A stretch of 32,000 nucleotides of DNA from Candidatus Saccharimonadota bacterium (GCA_016699935.1 CP064992.1:480001-512000); one strand, 5' to 3'. Shown: positions 8,655 to 19,170, counted from the first letter of the stretch. Program-made: numbers and translations. The notes: generated from the letters alone by a model not told the origin.

Positions 8655-8691
8655 CCCTTAATGCTCAAGGACTGTCCTTGAGCATTAAGGG
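8655..8691. repeat. 17-bp-stem hairpin (copy 1 of a recurring motif)
   Basis: cccttaatgctcaagga-ctg-tccttgagcattaaggg forms a perfect stem. No U-tract follows it. The core ATGCTCAAGGAC.GTC.TTGAGC recurs at 27398-27420. Confidence 0.7.
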
Positions 8692-8748
8692 TATGGGGAT
8701 TGGGTTGATGGCATGATTGGTTATGATACGTTGCACGCGGATGTAAGC

Positions 8749-8777
8749 TTAACTCTTAACTCTTTAATCTGTATAAT
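8749..8777 (+). promoter_or_regulatory. promoter TTAACT-17-TATAAT upstream of orn
   Basis: A perfect -10 TATAAT sits at 8772-8777, with a 17-nt spacer and a 4/6 match at -35. ATG 8785 lies 7 nt downstream. Confidence 0.5.
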
Positions 8778-8784
8778 GAAAGTA

Positions 8785-9364
8785 ATGACGGAGATTGATA
8801 AAAAGTGTTACCTAGTAGGCTCTTGTGGGTTGACTTAGAAATGACGGGGCTAGACCCGACGCAAGATGTCATGCTCGAAGTTGCAGCCGAGATTACTGAT
8901 TTTGAGTTTAATACCCTAGCGAGTTACGAAGCTATCGTTCAGCAGCCGAGTGATATTGTCGCCGACCGTATGCAAAAAATGCATGGTGGCAGGGATATCC
9001 GGAGAACCGCGATGAGTTTATCCGAAAAACGAGCGATTCTACTATAGCCAAACCAAGCTATGTTATCGAGCAAGAGATCATAGCACTCGTCGAGCAGCAT
9101 TTTGGGGCCGAACCAGCAGTGCTAGCCGGCAACAGCATCTACAACGACCGCAAATTTATTGCTAGGTACTGGCCCAAGCTTGACCTAAAGTTGCACTACC
9201 GCATGCTCGACGTCAGCGCCTGGAAGGTGTTTATGCAAGGCGCTTATGGGGTCAACTTTGAGAAAAAGGAAGTCCACCGGGCATTCGATGATATCCAAGC
9301 AAGCATAGCTGAGCTGCAAAGCTATCTAGAATGGTTCGCGAAGAAGCAAAGCCATGAATCATGA
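8785..9364 (+). CDS. orn: oligoribonuclease (DEDDh 3'-5' exonuclease), frameshifted
   Basis: LLWVDLEMTGLDPTQDVMLEVAAEITD is the ExoI motif. The downstream piece has AVLAGNSIYNDRKFIARYWPKLDLKLHYRMLDVSAWK (ExoII/III, H-Y-R). The frame switches at A6 8974-8979. ATG 8785 needs one extra A in the A5 run at 8800-8804; otherwise the start is GTG 8805. Confidence 0.85.
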
Positions 9365-10028
9365 GCCAAAAATAAGAGCTGTTGCTTTTGATTTTGACGG
9401 GACTCTAGTGGACACATTTGAGCATGTAATTCGTGCCTTTGAGTTTGTTTTGCCACAGTATGGTATCACCGCCACAAGAGACGAGATCCAAGCACACATG
9501 GGGCTAACCTTGCACGAGTGTTACGAAAAGCTTGTATCAAAAGAGGCTGCGGCGCCAGCAAAACAAAAGCACCATGACGCACAACAGAGTGAAGAATTAT
9601 TTGGCTTAATAACTAGCTTTGACGCTATGCACGAAACCCTCCAACAGCTAAAAAAAAGAGGCGTAGAACTTACAATAATCACAAATCGTACCCAGCCATC
9701 ACTAAATTCAATTCTGGAACATGTCGGATTGCAAAACCAGTTTGCGGTTGTTATATCGCCAGAGCTTGTTGAGCGACCAAAGCCTTACCCCGACGGGTCG
9801 CTTGCTATCTGTCAAAAGTTGGGTATTTTACCGCGGGAGTTGCTGCTAGTTGGTGATACGGGTGTCGATATGCAAACAGCTAAAGGTGCCTGTCTAAGGG
9901 CGGCTGTTGGTATAACGCATGGCTTTGGATCGCGCCAGGAGCTCGAAGTAGCTGGGGCGGATTACATCGTCGATTCATTGCCAGAATTGATTGACGTTAT
10001 CGAAAGAATAGAACGTGGCGAAGATTAA
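9354..10028 (+). CDS. HAD-superfamily hydrolase (phosphoglycolate phosphatase/PpaX-like)
   Basis: Intact 224-aa ORF. Motif I is AVAFDFDGTLVDT, motif II IITNR, and the distal motif LLVGDTGVDMQTA. Confidence 0.8.
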   Translation: MNHEPKIRAVAFDFDGTLVDTFEHVIRAFEFVLPQYGITATRDEIQAHMGLTLHECYEKLVSKEAAAPAKQKHHDAQQSEELFGLITSFDAMHETLQQLKKRGVELTIITNRTQPSLNSILEHVGLQNQFAVVISPELVERPKPYPDGSLAICQKLGILPRELLLVGDTGVDMQTAKGACLRAAVGITHGFGSRQELEVAGADYIVDSLPELIDVIERIERGED

Positions 10029-10648
10029 AGCGATATTGTTTGACCTGGATGGGACGCTGCGCGATACCAAAGATATCATCGTAGATGCGTACCAACATGC
10101 GGTCGAAATGCACAATGGTCAGCGACCGACGCTAGAAGAATTGCAACCGTTTATTCATCATCACACCGAAGTGTACAAGGGGCTATCGGCGCATATAGAC
10201 TATGAAACTTGGCTTGCGACATACCGAAACCGGCTCAGCACCGCCTGGATGGAGGCACCTTTTTTGAACATGCCGAGAGCATTCTCGGGCAACTCAAAAT
10301 GGCAGGCTACCGCTTGGCTGTGGTGACATCGGCAGATTATGAGCGCACCATAGAATATTTAAGCTATCGCAAGATAGACCAATATTTCGAAGTTGTTGTT
10401 GCGATGAGGAAGGCTTCCGGGCTAAACCTGCGCCAGATATGATGGTCGAGGCAATGAAGCAGCTCGGTTGCAAGCCAAAAGAAACGATTGCCATAGGTGA
10501 TATGGTCACCGATGTACAAGCCGCCCATGCTGCCAATATCATATGTGTCGGTATAACGCACGGGTTTGCAACTAAGGCTGAGCTGCAAGATGCAGGAGCA
10601 GATTACATAGTTGATTCACTAGCGGAATTTGCTGAAATCGTAGTGTAG
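10015..10648 (+). CDS. HAD-superfamily hydrolase paralogue, 2 frameshifts
   Basis: Track pieces 10015-10326, 10209-10442 and 10439-10648 join into one gene. Motif I is AILFDLDGTLRDT, motif II AVVTSA, followed by KPAPDMMVEAMKQLG and IAIGDMVTDVQAA. The frame switches at T6 10260-10265 and about 10399. The GTG start overlaps the stop of the previous HAD gene. Confidence 0.8.
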
Positions 10649-10666
10649 GTCGCGTATACTTAGCAT

Positions 10667-11891
10667 ATGTACAGGGCTGTAAAGCGAGAGGCTGGTGTGC
10701 ATTACCACGTGCTTCTTATTGCATTGGCGACACTGACAGTGGCTTTAGTGGGCTGCGAAGTAGCATATAGAAACATCCCCCAAAACCAGTGGAAGCAAAT
10801 CTAATAAAATCGGTTAAACCTTATTCGGTTGCGGTCAGCTCCAACGTGCTTTTACAGGCAATGCTTACTTTAGCCGATACATAAACGATCATGCTATGGC
10901 CAGCCCACTTAAATATGCATATCCGTTCTCGCGCCTTAGCGAGTTTGGCTGGGACAAGTACGACGCAACAATGACCGGACTGGAGTGTCCGACCGTGACA
11001 GGATTTCAGCAGACATCTGCCAAAGAGGACGCGACGCTGTCATTCAACTGTAACCCACAGTATTTACCAGAGATGGCCGAGTGGTTCACAGTAGTCACGC
11101 TCGCGAATAATCATACCGATAACCAAGGTGCCGCCGGATTGGCCGAGACGCGCCAGCACCTAGAAGAAAACCGTATCCAATATTTTGGTGACCCCGACCC
11201 GCGTGACCTGGATGATTTGTGTGATGTTATTTCTTTGCCGGCCAAAATTACAACTAGTGCAAATCAAACGATCAAAGGTAATCTGCCAGTCGCTATGTGT
11301 GGTTACCATTGGTTCATCCGCATGGTGCAACCCGATCAACTAGCCGTTATGAAGCAGTATAGCCAGTATATGCCGGTTCTGGCATTTCCACACGGTGGAG
11401 TTGAGTATAAAACTGCTCCAGATGAGCTGAAAAAGATTGTATCGCAGCATGATCGATAATGGTGCCGATATGGTGCTGGGGGACCACCCTCATGTCGTGC
11501 AACCAAGTGAAGCATACAAAGGACACCCCATTTTCTACTCTATGGGCAACTTCATTTCGATCAGCAAGTAGCGCCGGAAATGACGAGGTCGGCTGGGATA
11601 AATGTAAAGTTTGAGGTGAAGATTGCCGATAAGACACAACTTGCGAAATGGCTGGCTATCGGTAAGGTTTGCCAGTCTTATCACGATACTTGTCTTGCCC
11701 GGGCCAAGCAGGCCGGACTAAAAAAACTGCCATACACCTACACACTCGACATCGTCGGCACTGACGACCTTGGCTATATCACTAAACCCGCTTCGGCTGC
11801 TTTGCAACAGGGAATTTTGCAACGTCTCAACTGGGCACAGGTCAAAACCCAGCTACAACCACCGTACACCGCTATGCCAAAAATGAGGTGA
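10667..11891 (+). CDS. CapA/PgsA-like metallophosphoesterase with N-terminal membrane anchor, about 4 frameshifts
   Basis: MYRAVKREAGVHYHVLLIALATLTVALVGC is the anchor. It is followed by VLFTGNAYFSRY.., TVVTLANNHTDNQGAAGLAETRQHL, FPHGGVEYKTAP, and IDNGADMVLGDHPHVVQPSEAYKGHPIFYSMGNFIFDQ, which are PGA_cap family motifs. Pieces lie in three frames, with switches near 10786, 10848, 11430 and 11557. ATG lies 6 nt after TATACT (10655-10660). Confidence 0.7.
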
Positions 11892-11971
11892 AACTTCTCT
11901 CTGTAAATAGAGTATCCTAGGTAAAACAGTTTGTTTTGCGTATCGCGATGTTTTCCTTATATACTACCGTC

Positions 11972-12322
11972 ATGACACACAACGAGGTTGAAGAATATAT
12001 ATTGAGTATGCCGAATAGTTTTTTGGATTATCCGTTTGGCGAGGGGGTGGCAGTATACAAGGTGAGACAGAATGGGGAACGAGGATCGGAGAGCGAAGAG
12101 GGAAAGATGTTTGCGCTGGTCGCCGAAGGCAAAGAGCCACTCAACCTTAGCCTGAAGTGCGACCCGCAGCTCGCGGTTATTCTGCGTGAAAAATACGAAA
12201 CAGTTCTGCCTGGCTACCACCTCAATAAAAAGCACTGGAATACCATAGTCTTAACGGGTCAACTGCCTTGGGATGAAATCCAGGGACTTATTCGCCACAG
12301 CTACCAGCTTGTATCGGCGTAA
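11972..12322 (+). CDS. MmcQ/YjbR-family protein
   Basis: MTHNEVEEYILSMPNSFLDYPFGEGVAVYKV...LSLKCDPQLAVILREKYETVLPGYHLNKKHWNTIVL matches the YjbR pattern. I prefer ATG 11972, 6 nt after TATACT, over the track start at 11936. Confidence 0.7.
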   Translation: MTHNEVEEYILSMPNSFLDYPFGEGVAVYKVRQNGERGSESEEGKMFALVAEGKEPLNLSLKCDPQLAVILREKYETVLPGYHLNKKHWNTIVLTGQLPWDEIQGLIRHSYQLVSA

Positions 12323-12333
12323 TCGATTATTGT

Positions 12334-13037
12334 CTAAACCGAGACATTGTCGGCTTGTATAATCAGCGTTTTTCCGGCGCTGAAGTTGGCATCGAGTATT
12401 TTTTTGAGTTTACTGTTGCTGGTTTCTTTGTATACTTGCTTGAGCGAATCTAGATAATCCTGAAGAAGTGTTGAGAGAACCGTTTTGACTGCAGTGTCAT
12501 AGGTGCTGGTTGCTTTTGCGCTTTCGAGAAGCTTATCGGTGTCTGGATTTTGTTTGATACCGAGCTGTTTTGGATCAATCTTTGTACCAGCTTTTGTCAC
12601 ATAGCCTTGCAATTGCTGCTGACTCGTACTGACACTAAGTTTACGGTGTAGGCGAACCCTTTTATAGTTTCACTCTGAGCGGTTTGTTGGGCTCCCGCGG
12701 AAATACGGATTATTTCTTGCTGTTGCTGCACGATTCCCAAAAGCGACTCGCTGGAGCTGCCCTTCGGCAAAAATTGTGTCAATACCAAGCCTGCGACAAG
12801 CAAGACGCCGCCGACTATGCCGATGCCGAGTAGCAGCTTCATGGGACCTTTTGCGCTTGCCACAGCTGGTTTCTTCTGTGCTAGGTTTGGGTTCAAGATG
12901 AAATCATACTGATTCGTGCTGGTAGGATTTGCGGCCACTGGTGGAATAGGCTGTACACCAGGCTGAGGATTCGCCGTTGGTGTTTGTAGCGGATCTGGTG
13001 GGAGCTGGCCATAGTTCGGTTCGTTAGGATTCATCAT
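12334..13037 (-). CDS. hypothetical membrane-anchored protein with Pro/Gln-rich N-terminus, one frameshift
   Basis: Track ORFs 12597-13037 and 12334-12612 form one gene. It has a Pro-rich cytoplasmic head, one TM (LLLGIGIVGGVLLVAGLVL) and an extracellular tail. The frames join near 12640 (..YTVNL|SVSTSQQQLQGYVTK). I recognise no family. Confidence 0.5.
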
Positions 13038-13127
13038 GCTTATGGTACGGGACTACTGAGACAACAGTCAAGCACGACAGTGGTTATACTTGCTACTTAC
13101 TACCTGATACCCGATACTTATTTATAG

Positions 13128-14915
13128 ATGGATGCGAAGGAAGAGGTTCGGGAACGGTTGGCAATAGAGGACGTTATAGGTGAATACGTCCAGTTGAAGC
13201 GGGCCGGGAGGACCTGGAAGGGATTGAGCCCGTTCGGTTCTGAGAAGACGCCGAGTTTCGTGGTTAGTCCAGATAAACAAATTTGGCACGATTTTTCATC
13301 AGGTCGGGGCGGTGATATTTTTAGCTTTATCCAGGAAATGGAAGGGGTTGATTTTAAGGGAGCGCTCGATATTCTAGCGCGCCGCGCCGGCATAGACCTC
13401 GAGCAGTACCGACAAGTAGGTGGAGGGAGTGGCCCAAGCGGCAAGACTAAAGAGCGGCTGTATGAGGCGAATGAATGGGCGTGTAAGTTTTATCAGACAC
13501 AATTCGGCCAGCATAAAATGGCACTCACATACGTCTTGAAGCAACGGGCGTTCACCAAAGAGACGGCGCTTGCGTGGCGACTGGGATATTCACCAAACAC
13601 GGGTGCTGCTTTGCTTGATTTTCTGAAAAGCAAAGGTTATAGCGAAAAAGAAATACAACTTGCCGGGCTGACGAGTAAATCATATCGCGGTGGTCTCCAA
13701 GATATGTTCCGGGGGCGGCTTCAAATTCCACTGTGTGATCCGCAGGGCAGGGTGGTCGGCTTTACAGCTCGGCTCCTTAGCGATGACCCGAATGCGCCGA
13801 AATATATTAATACACCAGGTACGCCGCTGTATGACAAAAGTCGTCACGTGTTTGGGCTCCATCTGGCCAAAGACGCCATTCGCAAGAATAAATATGTGGT
13901 GCTTGCGGAGGGTAATCTCGATGTTATTGCGAGTCACCAGGCCGGTGTGCGGCAAGTGGTTGCAACGGCTGGGACAGCACTCACCGAACCGAACCTGAAA
14001 GCGCTCAGTCGACTGACTAGCGATATCCGCCTCTGTTTTGATGCCGATAAAGCGGGTATCGCCGCCACAGAACGTGCCATACCCATCGCCGGAAGAGTCG
14101 GTGGTTTGCAGCTGAGCGTCATTCGTATCCCGAGTGGAAAAGACCCAGACGAGCTGATACAGCAGGACGCCAAAACATGGCAGGCTATTATAGAACAGCC
14201 GCAATATGCACTCGATTGGCTCATAGACCGATACACGGCAACGCTTGATTTGTCGACGGCGCTTGGCAAGCGCGAGTTGAGTGATGTTGTCCTCAGGGTC
14301 GTGCGGCAGCTACCCGACAAAGTCGAACAGGATCACTACGTTGCACGACTCGCCGAACTCCTCAGTGTGAGCAAAGAGGCGCTCGCGACCAAACTAGCTG
14401 GTGCGCCCAATGAGACACCACCGCTTCGTCGCCGTCCGTCCCAGGTGAAAGCTACCGTCATTGAAAAAGCCATCTTAGACAAAGTGAAGGGAGAAGAGCG
14501 TCTGATAGCGCTGACGCTTATGAAGCCTAGTTTGCGGCATGTGCTATACCCGCTCGACCCAGACATGTTTACAGATGACGATGCCCGTCATGCCTTTGAA
14601 TTCCTGGCTGAACATCCCGATTTTGATGGGAGCGACCAAGATGAGGTGCAACAGATTGCAGAGTATGCTAAAATATTGTCATTAGTCTATGAGACGCTGT
14701 ATCAGGATATCGAGCCTCTCGAGCTTCGAGCAGAAGCGAAACGTTTGCAGGCTGCGCTGATACACCAATATGTTCGGATGCAAAAACAAACGCTGAGTGC
14801 AGCATTACAAACAGCAACATCAGAGGAGTCGACGCAGCTATTGCAACAGGTTCGCGGACTCGACCAATTACTACGAATAGAACAAGGAGACGATAGTGGC
14901 ACCGAAGCAGGATGA
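13128..14915 (+). CDS. dnaG: DNA primase
   Basis: Intact 595-aa ORF. The N-terminal zinc-ribbon region is homologous but lacks the zinc ligands (see findings). The TOPRIM domain has [17 protein letters not shown] and [16 protein letters not shown] helical tail forms the C-terminus. Confidence 0.92.
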   Translation: MDAKEEVRERLAIEDVIGEYVQLKRAGRTWKGLSPFGSEKTPSFVVSPDKQIWHDFSSGRGGDIFSFIQEMEGVDFKGALDILARRAGIDLEQYRQVGGGSGPSGKTKERLYEANEWACKFYQTQFGQHKMALTYVLKQRAFTKETALAWRLGYSPNTGAALLDFLKSKGYSEKEIQLAGLTSKSYRGGLQDMFRGRLQIPLCDPQGRVVGFTARLLSDDPNAPKYINTPGTPLYDKSRHVFGLHLAKDAIRKNKYVVLAEGNLDVIASHQAGVRQVVATAGTALTEPNLKALSRLTSDIRLCFDADKAGIAATERAIPIAGRVGGLQLSVIRIPSGKDPDELIQQDAKTWQAIIEQPQYALDWLIDRYTATLDLSTALGKRELSDVVLRVVRQLPDKVEQDHYVARLAELLSVSKEALATKLAGAPNETPPLRRRPSQVKATVIEKAILDKVKGEERLIALTLMKPSLRHVLYPLDPDMFTDDDARHAFEFLAEHPDFDGSDQDEVQQIAEYAKILSLVYETLYQDIEPLELRAEAKRLQAALIHQYVRMQKQTLSAALQTATSEESTQLLQQVRGLDQLLRIEQGDDSGTEAG

Positions 14916-16008
14916 AAAAGCAAAGTTAGAACTGGCTAAGGCCGGATTACTCGTAAAAGCCAAAGCGGCTGGTAGCATCGACGCAAAAGATATTTCTTCG
15001 GTTATCCCGGACGTTCCGGATAATGTCGAGCTGCTGGACTCACTCTACACAGAACTCACTGAAGCAGGCGTAGATGTTATTGCCCCCGAAGAGCCAGCGC
15101 CGTCAGATCTGAGCGATGAGTGGCTTATAGAGGAAGAAGAGGAGATTGTCCTCGAAGACCAGACATATCTCGATGATATTGCCGATGACTCTGTGCGGTT
15201 GTACCTCCGTGAAATTGGTAAAATCCCGCTACTGAATGCCGAGGAAGAACTAGCCCTTGCCAACCGTGTAGTGGCGGGCGACAAGGAGGCAAAAGATCAG
15301 ATGGCTGAGGCCAATATGCGCCTCGTTGTGTCTATTGCCAAGCGTTATGTCGGGCGAGGCTTGGATCTGCTCGATTTAATCCAGGAGGGAAACACGGGAC
15401 TACTCCGCGCTGTCGAGAAGTTTGACCCTGACAAAGGCTTCAAATTCAGCACCTACGCCACCTGGTGGATTCGCCAGGCTATTACGCGGGCCATTGCTGA
15501 CCAAGCCCGCACTATCCGCATACCTGTCCACATGGTCGAAACCATCAATAAGCTGCTGCGAACACAGCGTCGTCTGACGCAGGAGTATAACCGTGAGCCG
15601 AGCAATGCCGAGATAGCCAAAGAGATGGAGATCGATGAAGCGAAGGTAGAGCACATTATGAAAATCAAGCAGGATATCTCAAGCCTCGACGCTAGCATAC
15701 GCGACGACGAAGAAGAATCGGTTCTGTCCGATTTCATTGAAGATGAAGATACAATCACTCCAGAAGAATCAGCCACCGGCCAGCTCCTCAAAGAGCAGGT
15801 AAAAGACATGCTTTCGGCGCTTACAGACCGCGAGCAGAAAATACTGAAGTTGCGCTTCGGGCTAGAAGACGGCAAACAGCACACGCTGGAAGAAGTCGGC
15901 CAAGAGTTTAGTGTCACGCGCGAACGCATCCGCCAAATTGAGGCCAAAGCCCTCGCCAAATTGCGCAAGCACAAAGACGCCCGCAAACTCCACGACTACA
16001 TCAAATAA
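14896..16008 (+). CDS. rpoD: RNA polymerase primary sigma factor (sigma70)
   Basis: Intact 370-aa ORF. Region 1.2 is [11 protein letters not shown], region 2 [41 protein letters not shown], and region 4 [28 protein letters not shown]. The GTG start overlaps dnaG by 20 nt. Confidence 0.92.
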   Translation: MAPKQDEKAKLELAKAGLLVKAKAAGSIDAKDISSVIPDVPDNVELLDSLYTELTEAGVDVIAPEEPAPSDLSDEWLIEEEEEIVLEDQTYLDDIADDSVRLYLREIGKIPLLNAEEELALANRVVAGDKEAKDQMAEANMRLVVSIAKRYVGRGLDLLDLIQEGNTGLLRAVEKFDPDKGFKFSTYATWWIRQAITRAIADQARTIRIPVHMVETINKLLRTQRRLTQEYNREPSNAEIAKEMEIDEAKVEHIMKIKQDISSLDASIRDDEEESVLSDFIEDEDTITPEESATGQLLKEQVKDMLSALTDREQKILKLRFGLEDGKQHTLEEVGQEFSVTRERIRQIEAKALAKLRKHKDARKLHDYIK

Positions 16009-16049
16009 TCCGAAATTGACGTTTTCGCTATGGCCAAATGTTGCACATT

Positions 16050-16083
16050 CCACCCAGGATATGTTTTTACTGGGGTGGTTTTT
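16050..16083 (+). terminator. rho-independent terminator after rpoD
   Basis: CCACCCAG-12 nt-CTGGGGTGG forms a stem with one bulge, followed by TTTTT (16079-16083). Confidence 0.6.
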
Positions 16084-16146
16084 ACTTCATTTGGCTTATT
16101 CATTTTGTGCTACACTTAAAAACAGAAGTAGAATAGAGAGGCAAAT

Positions 16147-17751
16147 ATGAAACTTGTTGGAGCGTCATTGTTAACCTTGGGACTTATTTTTTCGTTTGTG
16201 TGTTTTGTGGTTATTCTCGTTTTGCTCTACACAGACAACATGAATATTTGGATTGCCATGGCGCTGACGGTTGTCATCAACTTCCTGATGTGGCTGGTTG
16301 GGCCGTGGGTAACGGATTGGATAAACAAATTCTTTTACAAAGTGCGGTTTATGACGCCAGAAGAAGTCGCCGCGCAGTATCCAGCCATGGCAGAAGTTGT
16401 TTCGGGTGTTAGTACCCAATACGGGTTTAAACACCCTAAGGTTGGTGTCATACCAGATAACAACCCCACGGCATTTTGCTATGGCAGTGGCCGCTATAAC
16501 TCTCGGCTTATCGTTACAGAAGGACTGTTCAAGTACCTGAACGCGGGTGAACAAAAAGCAGTGGTCGGCCACGAAATGGGGCATATTGTAAACCGCGACT
16601 TCATCGTCATGATGGTGGCGAGTACGCTCGTGCAGCTACTGTACGAAATGTATTTCTGGCTTTCAAAGAGCAAAGGTGATCGAAAAAATAACCTGGCCGC
16701 AATTGGGTTTATTGCCTATATCTTATACATCATTGCTTCATACCTGCTGCTTTTCCTTAGCCGAACGCGTGAACTCCTGGCTGACAAGTTTGGAGCGCAG
16801 GTAGCGGAGCCGGAAGACCTCAGCAATGCACTTATAAAAATCGCTTATGGGATTGTGAGCGAAGAAGACACTGGTACGACGACGCGATTACTTCACAGTA
16901 CGCGGCATATGGGGCTCGTGGACGTGAAAGACGCAAAACACGCTGGTGGGGTGTCGTACATTACCAACAATGACAAACAAGCTGTAACAGAAGCAATGTT
17001 ATTCGACGCATACAGCCCTTGGGCAAAACTGATCGAACTAAACTCTACGCATCCTCTCACCGGGAAGCGCGTGCAGCATTTGAGTAAAATGCCAAGTAAA
17101 AGTGGCCGCGCCTTTAGCTATAACGTTGAGGCTACGGCTAGCCGCGTCATGCTAGATAAACGACGCTTGTGGAATGTACTTTTGAGCGACCTTGCTGTCA
17201 TGAGTATGCCGTATGTTTTTGCTGTTGCCGCGGGGTTGGCTACCAAAAACTGGGGAGTTGGGATTGCAGCGTTTGGACTTTCTCTTGTGCTAAAAACCTT
17301 TTACAGATTCCCAGGTGGCGCACCGGCGCAAACTACTGTACTAAACGAAATGCGCAACCCGTATGCTTCGCCGCTTCGAGGAAAGGCGGTCCAATTGCAA
17401 GGAGCCGCAATGGGTCGTGGCGTACCGGGTTTTGTTTTTGGCGAAGATCTTATGTACCAGGATAAAACCGGTCTGATCTTCATGGATTATCACTCAGCAT
17501 TTAGCTTCTTCGGAAACATATTTTTTGCACTCAAGAAGGTAAAAAAGTTGCTGGGCCAGCCTTCGACTGCAACAGGGTGGTTTTATCGTAGTATCGCCTC
17601 CTCTCTGGTACTGCGGCGTATGGACGTAGAAGGACAGGCAAACCCTATTCGGAGCCGCCGCCGCGAGTGGTCATTTGTTTGGGCGGTGTTGTTCATAATA
17701 GCTGGTGTATTAGTCGCTGCTGCGCAAACAACTGCAACTAGTTCTCTGTAA
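16147..17751 (+). CDS. M48-family zinc metalloprotease (HtpX-like) with extended C-terminal membrane domain
   Basis: Intact 534-aa ORF. It has the HEXXH motif VVGHEMGHIVNRD, multiple TM segments on both sides, and THPLTGKR downstream. A Shine-Dalgarno-like GAGAGG lies upstream. Confidence 0.8.
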   Translation: MKLVGASLLTLGLIFSFVCFVVILVLLYTDNMNIWIAMALTVVINFLMWLVGPWVTDWINKFFYKVRFMTPEEVAAQYPAMAEVVSGVSTQYGFKHPKVGVIPDNNPTAFCYGSGRYNSRLIVTEGLFKYLNAGEQKAVVGHEMGHIVNRDFIVMMVASTLVQLLYEMYFWLSKSKGDRKNNLAAIGFIAYILYIIASYLLLFLSRTRELLADKFGAQVAEPEDLSNALIKIAYGIVSEEDTGTTTRLLHSTRHMGLVDVKDAKHAGGVSYITNNDKQAVTEAMLFDAYSPWAKLIELNSTHPLTGKRVQHLSKMPSKSGRAFSYNVEATASRVMLDKRRLWNVLLSDLAVMSMPYVFAVAAGLATKNWGVGIAAFGLSLVLKTFYRFPGGAPAQTTVLNEMRNPYASPLRGKAVQLQGAAMGRGVPGFVFGEDLMYQDKTGLIFMDYHSAFSFFGNIFFALKKVKKLLGQPSTATGWFYRSIASSLVLRRMDVEGQANPIRSRRREWSFVWAVLFIIAGVLVAAAQTTATSSL

Positions 17752-18527
17752 TGTCTGATACTTTGGGATTCCAGCCGGTCGGCGCAATTTTCGACATAGA
17801 CGACACCCTCCTCGATAATTACCCGAAGCATCGCAACCTCGGTTTGCACGAGTATGCACGGCTGCTTGCCTTGCGAGAAATTGGCCAGAAATATGGCATC
17901 ACTGAGCTGGCCGAGACCACAGAGGAGCATAACAAACTTGTCATACAGCGCGCCCGAGAACACAGCATAGAGGGTGGAACTTGGCAGTTGTTTTATGAAC
18001 TTGGTTTGGTGAAATCTCCTGTCATTGACCACGACAATGCGCTACTACAAGAAATCGCGCGTCGCAAGCACGAACTGTACGAACCTATCTTACTCGAATT
18101 CGGTGCGCCGCTGCCTATGGCCGTGGAGTTTGTGAAGGCTGTATACATATTGATGGACGGGAAAATAGCCATCGCGAGTGGCGCGCAGCGGGCTGACGTG
18201 CGAGTTTTTCTGCGTATGACCGAACTTGATCAGCTATTCGAAGCGCGCCGGGTGATAACGCGCGAGGATTTCACGCATGCAAAACCGAATCCTGAATCAT
18301 TTGAAAAAGCGTTCGCAACGCTCGATCTACCAGGCGAAGACCGTGCCCGAGTACTCGCCTTTGATGACGATCCGAAAGGCGTTGCATCTGCCAAGCAGGC
18401 CGGTCTGTACGTTTGTGGCATCACCTCCAGGTTCGCACCCGAAAGCCTAAGGACACCAGAGTTTAGCCCCGATATGGTACACGACGGCTACGTTGATTTC
18501 GCCTCCGCACTTGGCATATCCTTGTAA
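17751..18527 (+). CDS. HAD-superfamily hydrolase
   Basis: Intact 258-aa ORF. Motif I is AIFDIDDTLLDN, followed by AIASGA, KPNPESF and VLAFDDDPKGVASA. Its ATG overlaps the stop of the upstream gene (TAATG). Confidence 0.75.
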   Translation: MSDTLGFQPVGAIFDIDDTLLDNYPKHRNLGLHEYARLLALREIGQKYGITELAETTEEHNKLVIQRAREHSIEGGTWQLFYELGLVKSPVIDHDNALLQEIARRKHELYEPILLEFGAPLPMAVEFVKAVYILMDGKIAIASGAQRADVRVFLRMTELDQLFEARRVITREDFTHAKPNPESFEKAFATLDLPGEDRARVLAFDDDPKGVASAKQAGLYVCGITSRFAPESLRTPEFSPDMVHDGYVDFASALGISL

Positions 18528-18586
18528 CACCATTTCACTTGGGATACATAATTACCAGAGATGAATTTTACTTCATTGAGCATTTT

Positions 18587-19150
18587 CTAGTTGAGGTTAT
18601 GAGTACGGAGAATGGCTTCAAGCTGTGCGTATGTTTCGTCTTGAGAGCCATCGTTTAGGACGGTGAAGTCGGCATTGGCGATGGGACCCCCTTTTTCGCT
18701 GTTCTCAATTTCGGCGTACTCGCGCGCAGTGGCTTCTTCATCGCTGAGTGGTCGCACGGGGCGGTTGCGCAAGCGCTCGTGGCGTATCTGTCGTGCGCAT
18801 GCTACAGCGATAATGACGACATTTTGGCCGAAGCGCTCCTTGAACACTTTGTACTCTGCCCAGCTGTAAATACCATCGGCTATAACCGTATGAGCACCCT
18901 CGGTAACGAGTGCGTCTATTTTCGGCAGTATGCGCTTGGCCATAACGTCCATACCCTCTGCTGCACGGAGTTCCTCGCGAACCATTTTTTCATTTATTTC
19001 ATTAACTTCCAGACCGCGTCTTTTGACTTCGTCTACCGTAATCCCGCCTAGGTACACGCTTGGCCAACCCTTTTTCTCGAGGTAGTCAACGCATAGCCCC
19101 TTACCAGCCCCTGGCATACCAACGAGGGCAATTACCACAACATCATTCAT
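18587..19150 (-). CDS. P-loop nucleotide kinase (dephospho-CoA-kinase/AAA_17-like)
   Basis: Intact 187-aa ORF. The Walker A motif is VIALVGMPGAGKG. Its size and layout match small NMP/dephospho-CoA-kinase-like proteins. ATG lies 6 nt after TACAAT (+ 19157-19162). Confidence 0.6.
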   Translation of the reverse strand: MNDVVVIALVGMPGAGKGLCVDYLEKKGWPSVYLGGITVDEVKRRGLEVNEINEKMVREELRAAEGMDVMAKRILPKIDALVTEGAHTVIADGIYSWAEYKVFKERFGQNVVIIAVACARQIRHERLRNRPVRPLSDEEATAREYAEIENSEKGGPIANADFTVLNDGSQDETYAQLEAILRTHNLN

Positions 19151-19170
19151 GCACCTATTGTAGCAGCTCG

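Noticed and set aside
13084-13127. Leaderless-type promoter for dnaG
   Set aside because: The only good -10 box (TATACT, about 13085-13090) lies 37 nt from ATG 13128. The hexamers nearer the ATG (TACTTA, TATTTA) do not end in T. I therefore did not include dnaG in the leaderless set.
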